Notes: generated by a model not told the origin, from the sequence alone. A stretch of 64,000 nucleotides of DNA from Candidatus Levyibacteriota bacterium (GCA_049519175.1 JBEKQZ010000001.1:399679-463678); one strand, 5' to 3'; shown: positions 10,559-21,167, counted from the first letter of the stretch. Program-made: numbers and translations.

Positions 10559-12424
10559 GTGAAAAAAATCGGCTATTTTCTGTTTGCCTTAATCTTATTT
10601 TTCAGTTTTTCTACTAAACAGGTTTCTGCCGACTCCAATTTCTCCACCGACTATAACGTTACTTACACCATCAATCAAAATGCTATCACTCACGTTGACA
10701 TTAATGCCAACCTGACCAATTTATCCACCAATTATTACGCTTCATCTTATTCCGTCGCAGTCGGTTTTAAAGACGTTGAAAATATTACCGCCCATGACGC
10801 GGGCGGAGCAATTACGCCTAAGATAACTCAAACCGATCAGGGAACAAACATTAAACTTAATTTTAATACCCGCACCGTAGGCTACAATGTGAAACAGAAT
10901 TTTGACATTGGGTTTGACACTAGCGAAGTTGCCCAGAATTTCAACCACGTTTGGGATATCAATATTCCTGGCATTGCCAACCAAGCAGATTTTTCCTCAT
11001 TTAACGTTTCCGTGATTTATCCGTCATTCTTGGGAAATCCTGCATATATTAAGCCAGCGCCTTCGGGCATAAACGTTCAAAACGGCAACCAACTTGATTT
11101 TACCAAACAGGATTTAGGCAGCTCCGGCATTTCCATTTCTTTTGGCAACTTCCAAATTTATAACTTTAATTTAACTTATCATTTGGCTAACCCGAATTAT
11201 TTTCCGATTTCCACCGAAATCGCTTTACCGCCGGCTACTAATTACCAGGATGTTGAAATTGATAATATTAACCAAAAACCGACCAACGTTAAATTAGATA
11301 GTGATGGAAATTGGTTAGCAGAATATTCGCTGGTGCCTTACAAAAAGTTGGACGTTAAAGTCAGCGGAAAAGTTAAGGTCTATTTAAATCCCCGGCTCGA
11401 AGACTTAAGCAGTAACCAGCTAACCGAAGACTTACAAAGTCAGACTTATTGGGAATCCGATAATCCAAAAATTGCCGGTTTGGCAAAAACATTAAAAACA
11501 CCGTATGCAATTTACCAATACGTTGTCAAAACTTTAAATTACGATTATAATCGCGTACAAGCTAATAGTCCGCGGCTCGGCGCTTTGCAGGTTTTGAATA
11601 ACCCAAATTCCGCCGTCTGTTTGGAATTTAGCGATTTGTTTATTGCGCTCTCGCGAGCCGCGGGAATTCCGGCCAGAGAAGTAGAAGGTTACGGTTACAG
11701 CAACAACTCCCGCGAGCGGCCATTGTCGCTTGTCGAAGACGTGCTACACGCCTGGCCGGAGTATTATGATTTTGACAAAAAAGCCTGGGTGATGGTCGAC
11801 CCGACTTGGGGAAACACCACTAGCGGAGTTGATTATTTTAATACTTTGGATTTTGATCACATTGCTTTTGTTATTCAAGGCGCTGCCAGCAACTATCCGA
11901 TTCCCGCTGGCGGTTATAAACTACTAACCGGTAAAAATACTAAGGATATCGATATGCAAATTGGTTCTACTTTTACTCAAAATGCACCAATACTTAACGC
12001 TTCTCTGGAAATTCCGGACACTTTAATCGCCGGCCTACCTACCGACGGATTTATCAAAATCACCAACAGCGGCCGGGATTTTATTCAGGCGCAAACTGTT
12101 TTGGCCTCAACAAATTACTTAGAACCTTCCAATCAAAGCTTTACAGTTAAAGATATCCCACCTTATGGTTTTGTCAGTATCCCAATTTCTTTTTTCAAGA
12201 CACCGTTTTTGACAAACCGTACCGATACGGTTAAAATTACAGCTGGTAATAATACTTTTAACAAAAATATCCGGATTCTGCCGTTTTTTGTCAATAAGTT
12301 AGTTATCTTAGGAGGAATAATATTTGTTAGTCTCTGTATCATTATATCGCTTGTTGCCCTCGTGCTCCGGCGTCTATCTCTTTTTCGACAAAGACGGAAA
12401 AATAATTTACGTGGGGAAAGCTAA
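10559..12424 (+). CDS. Exported, membrane-anchored transglutaminase-domain protein
   Basis: Signal peptide from GTG 10559; catalytic C (AVCLEFS), H (HAWPE), D (VDPTW); C-terminal TM helix. Confidence 0.85.
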   Translation: MKKIGYFLFALILFFSFSTKQVSADSNFSTDYNVTYTINQNAITHVDINANLTNLSTNYYASSYSVAVGFKDVENITAHDAGGAITPKITQTDQGTNIKLNFNTRTVGYNVKQNFDIGFDTSEVAQNFNHVWDINIPGIANQADFSSFNVSVIYPSFLGNPAYIKPAPSGINVQNGNQLDFTKQDLGSSGISISFGNFQIYNFNLTYHLANPNYFPISTEIALPPATNYQDVEIDNINQKPTNVKLDSDGNWLAEYSLVPYKKLDVKVSGKVKVYLNPRLEDLSSNQLTEDLQSQTYWESDNPKIAGLAKTLKTPYAIYQYVVKTLNYDYNRVQANSPRLGALQVLNNPNSAVCLEFSDLFIALSRAAGIPAREVEGYGYSNNSRERPLSLVEDVLHAWPEYYDFDKKAWVMVDPTWGNTTSGVDYFNTLDFDHIAFVIQGAASNYPIPAGGYKLLTGKNTKDIDMQIGSTFTQNAPILNASLEIPDTLIAGLPTDGFIKITNSGRDFIQAQTVLASTNYLEPSNQSFTVKDIPPYGFVSIPISFFKTPFLTNRTDTVKITAGNNTFNKNIRILPFFVNKLVILGGIIFVSLCIIISLVALVLRRLSLFRQRRKNNLRGES

Positions 12425-13604
12425 AGATTTAAAAAAGCGTGTCTCCTCATATTTCTCCAATAAAGACTTAGGTGAAAAAACCCGCATTTTAGTTTCGCAA
12501 ATTAGGCGGATAAAAATTATCGAAGTTGCTTCGGAAATTGAAGCGTTTCTCTTAGAAGAAAGGTTAATTAAGAAATACAAACCGCACTACAATATTAAAT
12601 TGCTTGACGATAAGCGCTATCCGAGCCTTAAAATTACGGTTAAAGATCAATATCCAAAAGTTTTGTTGGTGCGAAAGCAAGAAGCGGATAATGCCCGCTA
12701 CTTTGGACCTTACACTAGCGCCACGTCGCTTCGCACAGTTTTAAAATTACTGCGCCGGATTTTTCCCTACCAATCCGTGATAAATCACCCCAATAAACTT
12801 TGTCTTTATTATCATCTTAGCTTATGCCCGTGTCCAACTGTCACCAAAGATCAAAGCTATCGGAAAAACATTAGTCATATTCTCAGCTTTCTAAACGGCA
12901 ACAAAAACTTATTGCTCAAAGATTTAACCAAAGAAAGAGAGAAAGCCAGTATTGCAGAAGATTTTGAAAAAGCCAAAACCATTCAACAGCAAATCGATTC
13001 AATTACGCTGATTACCAGCTCATTTTACCAACCGTTTGAATATGAGCTAAACCCAAATTTAAGAAATGATACTGTCGCTTTAACTTTACAAGACTTAAAA
13101 GAAACCCTGAATGAAAATGATGTGCCTGTTTTAAATCTCGATCGGATTGAATGCTATGATATTTCCAACACTTCGGGTTTAAATGCCACCGGTTCAATGG
13201 TGGTTTTTACCAACGGCGAAAAAGATTCTTCAAGTTATCGACGTTTTAAAATTAAAGCTGATTATAATAATAAGCCCAATGATTTTGCCATGATGCAAGA
13301 AATGCTCACAAGAAGATTAAAACATAATGATTGGCCAAAACCGTCATTAATTATCGTTGACGGTGGAAAAGGACAGGTTTCTTCGGCCAAAGAAATTATT
13401 CACAGTCTAAAACTTGATATTCCCTTAATTGGACTGGCCAAAAGAGAAGAAACTATCATAACCAGTGAACTTTCGGAAATCAAACTACCAAGAGACTCAA
13501 AAGCTTTACAATTGATAATGCGTTTACGGGATGAGGCGCACCGTTTTGCCATTACTTATCACAAAAAGTTACGAGCCAAAGCTCTCCTGTACCCTTCCGA
13601 TTAA
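12324..13604 (+). CDS. uvrC: Excinuclease ABC subunit C (short form, no C-terminal HhH)
   Basis: GIY-YIG (GVYLF...YVGKAK), UVR segment, RNase H-like RIECYDIS, VDGGKGQ, RDEAHRFA; GGAGG upstream of TTG. Confidence 0.92.
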   Translation: MLVSVSLYRLLPSCSGVYLFFDKDGKIIYVGKAKDLKKRVSSYFSNKDLGEKTRILVSQIRRIKIIEVASEIEAFLLEERLIKKYKPHYNIKLLDDKRYPSLKITVKDQYPKVLLVRKQEADNARYFGPYTSATSLRTVLKLLRRIFPYQSVINHPNKLCLYYHLSLCPCPTVTKDQSYRKNISHILSFLNGNKNLLLKDLTKEREKASIAEDFEKAKTIQQQIDSITLITSSFYQPFEYELNPNLRNDTVALTLQDLKETLNENDVPVLNLDRIECYDISNTSGLNATGSMVVFTNGEKDSSSYRRFKIKADYNNKPNDFAMMQEMLTRRLKHNDWPKPSLIIVDGGKGQVSSAKEIIHSLKLDIPLIGLAKREETIITSELSEIKLPRDSKALQLIMRLRDEAHRFAITYHKKLRAKALLYPSD

Positions 13605-13644
13605 TTAATAACTGATGCAAAACCAAGCTTAGAAGGTGCAGGAT

Positions 13645-15006
13645 CTATTTTCGGATAATGGTATATTCGTAGGGGAAATAGAGAAAAGTTGCCGGCGGAT
13701 CATCCAGTAGATATTTTTGGAAATCGGAATAGATTTTTTGTCTATCGCTAATATCAACCGTTTGCCGCCCGTCTTCCAAGAGCTGATCGATTCTCAAGTT
13801 TACATAATGCGTAATGTTATTTGGTTGCGTCGAATGCCAGAGCGTGTATTGGTCGGGGTCTTTGGAAACATTAAACTCGCCTAAAAAAACCTGAAAATTT
13901 TTTGGGAAACTGTCAACAATTCTAACGTTGGTTTTAATACCAATCTTTGCCCATTCAGTTTTTATTTGGTCCGCTAATTGTTTATATTCCGGCAGAGCTT
14001 TTAGCTCTAGAGTTAGAGCGGAGCTTTGTGACGAACTGACGGATTCGCCCAATAAAAGCTTGGCATGTTCAAAATCCTGATTGTAAGTCGTTAAACCTCC
14101 CTCACTAACCCAAGAATTTGGCGGAAATGGACCGTCATTTCTTTGACCGGAAGAAAAAGTATCTGGCATGGCATAAGCGAGCGCTTCTCTTAACCTTTTA
14201 TCCGACAAATCTTTGTCTTGAGTATTGTAAAAAATCGTTACCAGTTGGGAGTAGTTTGTGCTTTCCGAAATGCTGACGTGTTTAAAATCCGCCAGACTTT
14301 TCCCGTTAAAATCCAAGCTCCGCACGCCGATAATTTCGTTAACATCACCCAAGGCAAAAGCGGTTTTTAAAGCGTCTTCGGTCGGATAAAATTGGTAAGT
14401 AATTTCCTGATTATGTCCTTTGTTGGTAACCAGACTAATCGATTGAACAAAACTGCCGTTAAGATTCAATGCGCTCACTCTATAATCTCCGATTCCCACA
14501 AAACCATTCTTAAAGATTGGACGTGAAACTGTCAAAAGAAACGGAGAATAGATACTTTTGAGATTGAAGATGATTGTTTGGCTATCCGGCCTCTGGACGT
14601 TAACATCGGCAAAATTATATTGAATCTGGTCCGATGTCAGCCTTGTTCCGTCGCTAAAGAAAACATTGTCTTTCAAATGGAAAACGTAGGTTTTGCCGCC
14701 ATTCTTAATTTCCCAGGATTTGGCCAAATCCGGTTTTGGCAAATCATCCGGTCCGGCATAAACTAAACCTCTGGAAACTTTGGATAAAATTACGGCAGGC
14801 AAATTGTCCACGCTATAAGCGCCGACTATCCCAACCGTTTGCTCTTGAGTAAAAGGCATTAACGGCACAAAATAATTAACAACAAACCGCAGCAGAAAAA
14901 AAACAATTAAACCAAGACCAAAGGAAATCAAAATGGTTCTTCGCCACTTTCGAAAGTATGCTTTTAAAAGCCACAAGATAAGACGTCTTCTTTTAAAGAA
15001 AATCAT
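13645..15006 (-). CDS. ABC transporter substrate-binding protein, family 5 (peptide/nickel)
   Basis: PDLAKSW...YVFHL...FSDG signature; N-terminal TM. Confidence 0.85.
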   Translation of the reverse strand: MIFFKRRRLILWLLKAYFRKWRRTILISFGLGLIVFFLLRFVVNYFVPLMPFTQEQTVGIVGAYSVDNLPAVILSKVSRGLVYAGPDDLPKPDLAKSWEIKNGGKTYVFHLKDNVFFSDGTRLTSDQIQYNFADVNVQRPDSQTIIFNLKSIYSPFLLTVSRPIFKNGFVGIGDYRVSALNLNGSFVQSISLVTNKGHNQEITYQFYPTEDALKTAFALGDVNEIIGVRSLDFNGKSLADFKHVSISESTNYSQLVTIFYNTQDKDLSDKRLREALAYAMPDTFSSGQRNDGPFPPNSWVSEGGLTTYNQDFEHAKLLLGESVSSSQSSALTLELKALPEYKQLADQIKTEWAKIGIKTNVRIVDSFPKNFQVFLGEFNVSKDPDQYTLWHSTQPNNITHYVNLRIDQLLEDGRQTVDISDRQKIYSDFQKYLLDDPPATFLYFPYEYTIIRK

Positions 15007-15007
15007 A

Positions 15008-15226
15008 CTATTTTAAGGGGAGTAGCAGAAGCAAAGAAACTATGGCAAAAATGACAGTCGTTACGACCGTTGCCCACATTAACAGCTTTTCTACGCTTCT
15101 TTTGCTTCGGTAAAATTCACCCGTTCCGCCAAAGGCTGACGACAAACCACTGCCTTGCATCTGTAAAAGTACTAAGACGATTAAAGCGATTGCGGCGGCG
15201 ATTTCAATGATGTTTAGAATAATCAT
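15008..15226 (-). CDS. secG: Preprotein translocase subunit SecG
   Basis: Two TMs with VLLQ..GSGLSSAFGG loop. Confidence 0.92.
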   Translation of the reverse strand: MIILNIIEIAAAIALIVLVLLQMQGSGLSSAFGGTGEFYRSKRSVEKLLMWATVVTTVIFAIVSLLLLLPLK

Positions 15227-15275
15227 TATGCACAATTATATCTTTTCCGGCAGTATTTTTGCAAGTCTCGAGGTT

Positions 15276-15680
15276 TTATTTCTTTACCAACCAGGTTAAA
15301 AAAGAAACTATCAAAGATTGTAAGAATGCTACCAACAGGAAAGCGAAAATAACGTTAAAGTAAAAGCTCGGAATTACAAAACCCGAATACGAAAATCCGG
15401 GAAAAGTAAAAGCAATAATATTAATTCCCGGCACAATCACTGTTAAAAGATAAAAAATGATGATATTGGTGACAAACGAAAAAAGTCCCAGCGTAATAAT
15501 GTTTAAAGGTAACGACAAGATATTTAGAATTGGCTTGAGAAAAACCAGTAAAATTGTCAAGGCAATTCCGCCGAAGAGATAAGTCGGTAATCCACCGGTT
15601 ACCTTTACTCCGCCGACAATTTGCGTCAGTAAAAAAATGGAAAAGGCATTAAATAAAACGTTTCGGATAAATCCCTTCAT
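15276..15680 (-). CDS. YvlD / 4-TMS phage-holin-family membrane protein
   Basis: KPILNILSLPLNIITLGLF signature. Confidence 0.85.
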   Translation of the reverse strand: MKGFIRNVLFNAFSIFLLTQIVGGVKVTGGLPTYLFGGIALTILLVFLKPILNILSLPLNIITLGLFSFVTNIIIFYLLTVIVPGINIIAFTFPGFSYSGFVIPSFYFNVIFAFLLVAFLQSLIVSFLTWLVKK

Positions 15681-15774
15681 AACTTAATGCTAGCAAATAC
15701 GGCTGTTTTAGTCAATTAAATATTGAAATATTTTTACTTTGAGCGTATTATAAAACACACTGTTTAAATAAATT

Positions 15775-16968
15775 ATGAAAACCGTAAAAGTATCTGTACA
15801 AGATGAAAACACTCTAGTTCTTGATGAGGATGCAAGTAAAGGAGATTTAATTGATCTAAAATCAGTTAACAAAACAGACAATAGCACAATTAAGAATGTC
15901 ATAAATTCAATTAAAAAAGACAGGTTTGATGAAGAATTGCAAAGAGCACGCGAGAGCGACAGGCTAAAAATGGAGCTTAAAGAGCAGGAGAATGTCCAAC
16001 GCTCAAAAGATGAATTAAGTAAAAAAGACTCCGAGATAGCTACTCTTAAATCGCAAATCGATAAGAACGAAACGGAAAAGAAACTTGCTGTAAGTGAAGC
16101 TGTCAATGACCTTAAAGTCGAATTAACAAAAAAAGAAGGCGAAAAATCAGAAATTAGAATAGAATACGATTTAAAACTTAAGGATCGTGACGAACAAATA
16201 GAGCGCCTAAAGGATAATAAAATAAAACTCTCCACAAAAGGTTTAGGAGAATCTCTTGAACAATACTGTGAGAATGAATTCAACAAAATTCGCATGACCG
16301 CATTCCCAAACGTGTATTTTGAAAAAGATAACGACTCAAGTAGTGGCAGTAAGGGCGATTACATCTTTCGTGATCCCGCAGAAGGAATCGAATCCGTATC
16401 GATTATGTTTGACATGAAGAATGAAAATGATACAACAGAAACAAAGAAAAAGAATGAAGATTTTCTAGCCAAACTAGATAGAGATCGTAACGAAAAGAAA
16501 TGCGAGTATGCCATTCTTGTTTCAATGTTGGAAGCAGAAAGTGACTTATATAATCAAGGTATTGTTGACATATCGTACAAATATCCAAAAATGTACGTAA
16601 TACGCCCACAATTTTTCATACCAATGATTACGCTGCTTAAAAATGCCGCTGAAAAATCATTTGCAGTAAAAAATGAATTAGCAATAATAAGAAGCCAGAA
16701 TATAGACATCACTACATTCGAAGATGACGTAAATAATTGGAAATCTGGATTTCTTAACTCGATGAAAAATGCCGGCCAGAAACATAGTGAGGCAATTGAG
16801 CAGATAAATAAAGCTATTAAAAATCTTGAGAATGTTCGGGACGCCCTGACTTTGTCAGACAAACATCTGTTAGCGGCTGAGAATAAAATGGATGACCTAA
16901 CAATTAAAAGACTAACTCGTAAAAATCCCACCATGGCCGCGAAATTTGACGAATTAAAGAAGAAATAA
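15775..16968 (+). CDS. DUF2130-domain coiled-coil protein
   Basis: LSTKGLGESLEQYC, KGDYIFR, KKCEYAILVSMLE, VIRPQFF. Confidence 0.85.
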   Translation: MKTVKVSVQDENTLVLDEDASKGDLIDLKSVNKTDNSTIKNVINSIKKDRFDEELQRARESDRLKMELKEQENVQRSKDELSKKDSEIATLKSQIDKNETEKKLAVSEAVNDLKVELTKKEGEKSEIRIEYDLKLKDRDEQIERLKDNKIKLSTKGLGESLEQYCENEFNKIRMTAFPNVYFEKDNDSSSGSKGDYIFRDPAEGIESVSIMFDMKNENDTTETKKKNEDFLAKLDRDRNEKKCEYAILVSMLEAESDLYNQGIVDISYKYPKMYVIRPQFFIPMITLLKNAAEKSFAVKNELAIIRSQNIDITTFEDDVNNWKSGFLNSMKNAGQKHSEAIEQINKAIKNLENVRDALTLSDKHLLAAENKMDDLTIKRLTRKNPTMAAKFDELKKK

Positions 16969-16986
16969 TTAATTACTACAGCAATC

Positions 16987-17610
16987 ATGCAAAAGAAACC
17001 CTCGTTTAATTTAGAAAAGGAATTACTTAACAAAGTTGATTTAGTTTTTGGTATGGATGAGGTTGGTCGTGGCAGTTTTGCCGGACCGTTGGTTGCAAGT
17101 GCTGTTTGTTTTGGAAATGAATACAAATGGTTTAAAGACATAAATGATTCAAAACTTCTGTCGGCGAAAAAACGTGAACAGCTTTCGAAATTGATATTAA
17201 AAAATGCTAAATGCTTTACCAAAATTATTGAAGTCGAAGAAATTAATAAATTCGGCATAGGGAAGTGCAACCAACTGGTTTTCAAAAGATTGATAAAGAA
17301 AGTTTTAAGTGCGCATAAAGAAAAACAAGTTCATTTCCTGATTGACGGAAACAAGCAGAAAATCAGGAGAAAGAATCTTCAGTTTATTGTTAAAGGGGAT
17401 AGTAAAATTATTTCTATCGCTGCTTCCTCAATTATCGCTAAAGTTTATCGCGATAAACTGATGCGGGATTTGGGAAAAATCTATCGGGAATATAACTTTG
17501 GTAAAAATAAAGGTTACGGCACAAAATTTCATCGGGAAGCGATTAAAAAACTGGGCTTATGCGCCATTCATCGCAAATCTTTTAATTTGCAAAAGTTCTT
17601 GCGCGCCTGA
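16987..17610 (+). CDS. rnhB: Ribonuclease HII
   Basis: GMDEVGRG, DSKLL, KGD, SIAASSIIAKV, KGYGT, HRKSF. Confidence 0.96.
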   Translation: MQKKPSFNLEKELLNKVDLVFGMDEVGRGSFAGPLVASAVCFGNEYKWFKDINDSKLLSAKKREQLSKLILKNAKCFTKIIEVEEINKFGIGKCNQLVFKRLIKKVLSAHKEKQVHFLIDGNKQKIRRKNLQFIVKGDSKIISIAASSIIAKVYRDKLMRDLGKIYREYNFGKNKGYGTKFHREAIKKLGLCAIHRKSFNLQKFLRA

Positions 17611-17674
17611 AGGGAATCGAACCCCCAACCCCTTCGTCCGAAGCGAAGTGCTCTATCCGTTGAGCTACAGGCGC
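17602..17674 (-). tRNA. tRNA-Arg(TCG)
   Basis: Cloverleaf; CTTCG-CT-TCG-GA-CGAAG. Confidence 0.95.
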
Positions 17675-17696
17675 ATTTCGTCACTTTTGAATCTTG

Positions 17697-17769
17697 TGAG
17701 CCGCCAGGGAGTCGAACCCTGAACCTATTCCTTAAGAGGGAATTGCTCTACCAGTTGAGCTAGCGGCCC
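17697..17769 (-). tRNA. tRNA-Lys(CTT)
   Basis: Cloverleaf; ATTCC-CT-CTT-AA-GGAAT. Confidence 0.95.
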
Positions 17770-17867
17770 TTCGTAGCTAGTATACAATATTTGGCTTTAT
17801 CTGACAATTCGGGCAAACTCTTGACTTTTAAAAACTAAAGGGTAACAATTAACTCAGAACTTATTTT

Positions 17868-18188
17868 ATGGCAGTCTGTAGAAAGGCTATAGAAAGTGGA
17901 AGGATTTGTTCAGATTGGCTTGATAACGAATATTTTATCCCCGCTGAAGAACCGGCATACGCCATTATTCTTAATCCTCGTAAAGATTCTAATGCCCGTA
18001 ATTTTGTAAATGAAACTGTCCTTTTTTATCAAAAACCCTTTAATCATTTATACCCAAATTTAGCAACAGACAAAAACTCACAAAGAGCTTTCGATATTGA
18101 CGTTGCAGATCAAGAACCTGGTGGAAGAGTAATATATCAAACATTAAGACGAAGACAGTTCGCAAGTTCCTCAAAAACTAAAAAGTAA
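17868..18188 (+). CDS. Hypothetical protein
   Basis: 106-aa ORF behind a TTGACT...AACAAT promoter-like sequence. Confidence 0.5.
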   Translation: MAVCRKAIESGRICSDWLDNEYFIPAEEPAYAIILNPRKDSNARNFVNETVLFYQKPFNHLYPNLATDKNSQRAFDIDVADQEPGGRVIYQTLRRRQFASSSKTKK

Positions 18189-18241
18189 ATAAAAAAGAAT
18201 CTCTCTTTACATCATCATCTTTTATTTAGTAGTATAGTTGT

Positions 18242-19297
18242 GTGGGGAGAATAAAAAATTTGTTTTCGAGGGTAAAGAATTTGGTTTGGGGACATAAAAA
18301 GATCTCCATCACCGTCTTAATTATTTTACTGCTGGTAGTTGGGTTTATCCTCTGGCCAAAGAATTCTAACTCCGTTCTAACGGAAGTAGCTAAAAATCAG
18401 GATGTCGTTAAAACGGTTTCGGTCACCGGCAATGTCGATGCCGAAAATTTTGCCAACCTCACTTTTCAAACTGCGGAAACTTTATCTTATGTCGGAGTAA
18501 AATTGGACGACCCGGTAAAAAAATATCAATTAATCGCCTCTTTAGACCAGACTCAATTACAGGCAACTCTAAGACAAGCGCAACAGGATTTTGTCGCCGC
18601 CAAAGCCGCTTCGCAACAATATTATGATAATAATACCAGCGGAACGGAAAGTGACGCCCAAAAAGTGCAAAGAACCGCTATCGATGACGTGCAAAATAAA
18701 GCCTACGATCAAATGTTAAAAGTCGAACATGACATCGCAAACTCCAGTCTTTATGCGCCGATTGCCGGTATTGTCACCCGGATGGACGCGCAAACCGCGG
18801 GGGTAAATATTACACCGGCCACCACTTTTACCATTACCGATCCTAACTCTCTGGATTTTAAAATGGAAGTCGATGAAGCCGACATCGGTCAGGTAAAAAT
18901 AGGCCAAAGCGTTAATGTCTCGCTGGACTCTTTCCCCAACGATAATCTTAAGTTAACTGTTGATAAAATAGATTTTGTCAGTCACGTCACATCGTCGGGT
19001 GGAAATGCTTTTTATGTTCAGGCTATGCTTCCTCAACCAAATAACGACAGGGTGGGAATGAGCGGTAATGCGGACATTATCATCAACGCCAAATATAACG
19101 TGCTGGGAATACAATCCACCGATATCTTTGATAATAATTATGTTTACGTCAAAACTAAGAAGGGTTTTGTAAAAAGAGCATTAAGTCTAGGCTTACAAAA
19201 TGATACGCAAGCCCAAGTTTTATCAGGACTGTCCGCAGGGGATACTGTTGCTCTTGATCCAACTTCAGTTCCTCAAAATTTGGTGGTCAAAAATTAA
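18242..19297 (+). CDS. MacA-like periplasmic adaptor (membrane fusion protein)
   Basis: N-terminal TM, APIAGIV lipoyl motif, VDEADIGQVKIGQ. Confidence 0.9.
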   Translation: MGRIKNLFSRVKNLVWGHKKISITVLIILLLVVGFILWPKNSNSVLTEVAKNQDVVKTVSVTGNVDAENFANLTFQTAETLSYVGVKLDDPVKKYQLIASLDQTQLQATLRQAQQDFVAAKAASQQYYDNNTSGTESDAQKVQRTAIDDVQNKAYDQMLKVEHDIANSSLYAPIAGIVTRMDAQTAGVNITPATTFTITDPNSLDFKMEVDEADIGQVKIGQSVNVSLDSFPNDNLKLTVDKIDFVSHVTSSGGNAFYVQAMLPQPNNDRVGMSGNADIIINAKYNVLGIQSTDIFDNNYVYVKTKKGFVKRALSLGLQNDTQAQVLSGLSAGDTVALDPTSVPQNLVVKN

Positions 19298-19302
19298 CCC
19301 GC

Positions 19303-19986
19303 ATGAAAACAACAGACGATATCATAAAAATGGCCAACATCACCAAGGTCTACAGCGGCGCCGACGTGGGGACAACCGCTTTGAGAGATATTGATTTAGT
19401 CGTCAAAAAAGGCCAATTTCTAGCCATCACCGGTCGGTCGGGTAGCGGAAAATCGACGCTGATGCACGTCATTGGACTTTTAGATACCCCTACCTCCGGC
19501 ACTTATTTTCTAAACGGCACCGATGTCTCAAAATTAGGCGAAGACGAGCAAGCTTTCCAACGCAATAAAGAAATTGGTTTCGTTTTTCAGTCATTTAACT
19601 TATTGCCGAAACTAAACGCGTTGGAGAATGTCATTCTACCGGCTATTTACGCTGGTGTCAAAACCAAAGAGCGGACCGAAAAAGCCGTCGAGCTACTAAC
19701 CGAATTGGGATTGGAAGACCACTTGAATAAAAGACCCAATCAGATGTCAGGTGGACAACAACAACGCGTCGCCATTGCCAGAGCTTTAATGAACGACCCT
19801 GAATTAATTTTGGCAGACGAACCAACTGGTAACTTGGATACCAAATCGGGAGACGATGTCATGAAAACTTTAAAACAATTAAATAAAGAGGGCAAAACAA
19901 TTGTTCTTATTACCCATGAACACGATATTGCTTCGCAAGCACAAAAAATTTTGCATTTGGAAGACGGAGAGCTGGTTACAAAATGA
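19303..19986 (+). CDS. ABC transporter ATP-binding protein (MacB/LolD-like)
   Basis: GRSGSGKS, MSGGQQQR, LADEPTGNLD. Confidence 0.95.
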   Translation: MKTTDDIIKMANITKVYSGADVGTTALRDIDLVVKKGQFLAITGRSGSGKSTLMHVIGLLDTPTSGTYFLNGTDVSKLGEDEQAFQRNKEIGFVFQSFNLLPKLNALENVILPAIYAGVKTKERTEKAVELLTELGLEDHLNKRPNQMSGGQQQRVAIARALMNDPELILADEPTGNLDTKSGDDVMKTLKQLNKEGKTIVLITHEHDIASQAQKILHLEDGELVTK

Positions 19987-21167
19987 ACATTGAAGAACTT
20001 TTAACCCTATCTTTAAAAGCCATCTGGGGAAACAAATTAAGAAGTTTCTTAACCACGCTTGGCATCACGATTGGCGTGTTTGCCATTATCGTTTTAGTGT
20101 CAATCGGCTCCGGTTTGCAAAGCTATATTACCAACGAAATTTCCTCTTTGGGCTCAAATGTGATTTTTGTTATGCCCGGCAGTTCGGTCGGAATTGGTTC
20201 TATCTTATCAAATAAACTAACACTGCAGGACAGCAAAGATCTTGAGAGAAGAATGATTTCCACCGCTAAAGTTTCTCCCGAAATTAGACAAGTTGAAATA
20301 TTCAAATATAAAAACATCAAAGATAAAGGCGCTTTTGTTCTCGGCGTTTCCTCCGAATACCCTCAAGTTGTGCAAGTGGTTAAAATGGCAGAGGGAAATT
20401 TCTTTAGCTCCGGACAGGAATCAGCGGGCGCAAACGTGGTGGTAATCGGACAAACTGTCAAGACTAAATTTTTTAATGGCACTACCCCTTTAGGAAAAAG
20501 AATCTTCTTAGGCACTAAACTCTATACCATCGTCGGAGTGATTGATAAACTTGGCTCGGTAGCGGGAATTGATGAAGATAATTCCGCCTTTATACCGGTT
20601 GAAGCGGCTAGTGCGCAATACGGCATAAATTCGGTCGCCAGAATTGACATTGCCGCCGATAGTCCAGATCTTCTGCCAATTGTTACCCGGCAAATAAACC
20701 AAACCCTGCTGAAAACATTAACTACGGATGATTTTTCGATTGAAACCGCTGACTCTCTGGAATCGACTATCTCCGACATCACTAATGTACTCTCTTTGGC
20801 TTTAGGGGGAATTGCCGGCATTTCGCTCTTGGTCGGCGGAATTGGGGTTGCCAACATTATGCTGGTTTCGGTAACGGAAAGAACCAGAGAAATCGGGTTA
20901 CGAAAAGCGCTCGGCGCAAAAAGAGGCGACATTCTTAAACAATTCTTGATTGAAGCCGTCGTGCTTTCGGTAACCGGCGGGATCGTCGGAATAGCTTTAG
21001 GAATGCTGGTTTCGGTAGTGATCGCCATTTTGCTTGTCTCAACAGTCACTTTATGGTCGGTCGCTTTAGCCTTTGGATTTTCGGTCGCAATTGGTATAAT
21101 CTTTGGCATGGCTCCGGCAATCAGAGCATCTAAGCTTAGTCCGATTGACGCTTTGCGTTATGAATAA
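19983..21167 (+). CDS. ABC transporter permease (MacB/FtsX-like)
   Basis: RSFLTTLGITIG, VTERTREIGLRKALGA, ending PIDALRYE. Confidence 0.95.
   Translation: MNIEELLTLSLKAIWGNKLRSFLTTLGITIGVFAIIVLVSIGSGLQSYITNEISSLGSNVIFVMPGSSVGIGSILSNKLTLQDSKDLERRMISTAKVSPEIRQVEIFKYKNIKDKGAFVLGVSSEYPQVVQVVKMAEGNFFSSGQESAGANVVVIGQTVKTKFFNGTTPLGKRIFLGTKLYTIVGVIDKLGSVAGIDEDNSAFIPVEAASAQYGINSVARIDIAADSPDLLPIVTRQINQTLLKTLTTDDFSIETADSLESTISDITNVLSLALGGIAGISLLVGGIGVANIMLVSVTERTREIGLRKALGAKRGDILKQFLIEAVVLSVTGGIVGIALGMLVSVVIAILLVSTVTLWSVALAFGFSVAIGIIFGMAPAIRASKLSPIDALRYE

Noticed and set aside
15276-15680. Holin as evidence of a prophage
   Set aside because: YvlD-type proteins are common chromosomal genes; this one sits next to secG with no endolysin
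15708-17285. Long antisense ORFs (195 and 243 aa)
   Set aside because: Mirror frames of the DUF2130 gene and rnhB; Ser/Phe/Leu-rich and motif-less
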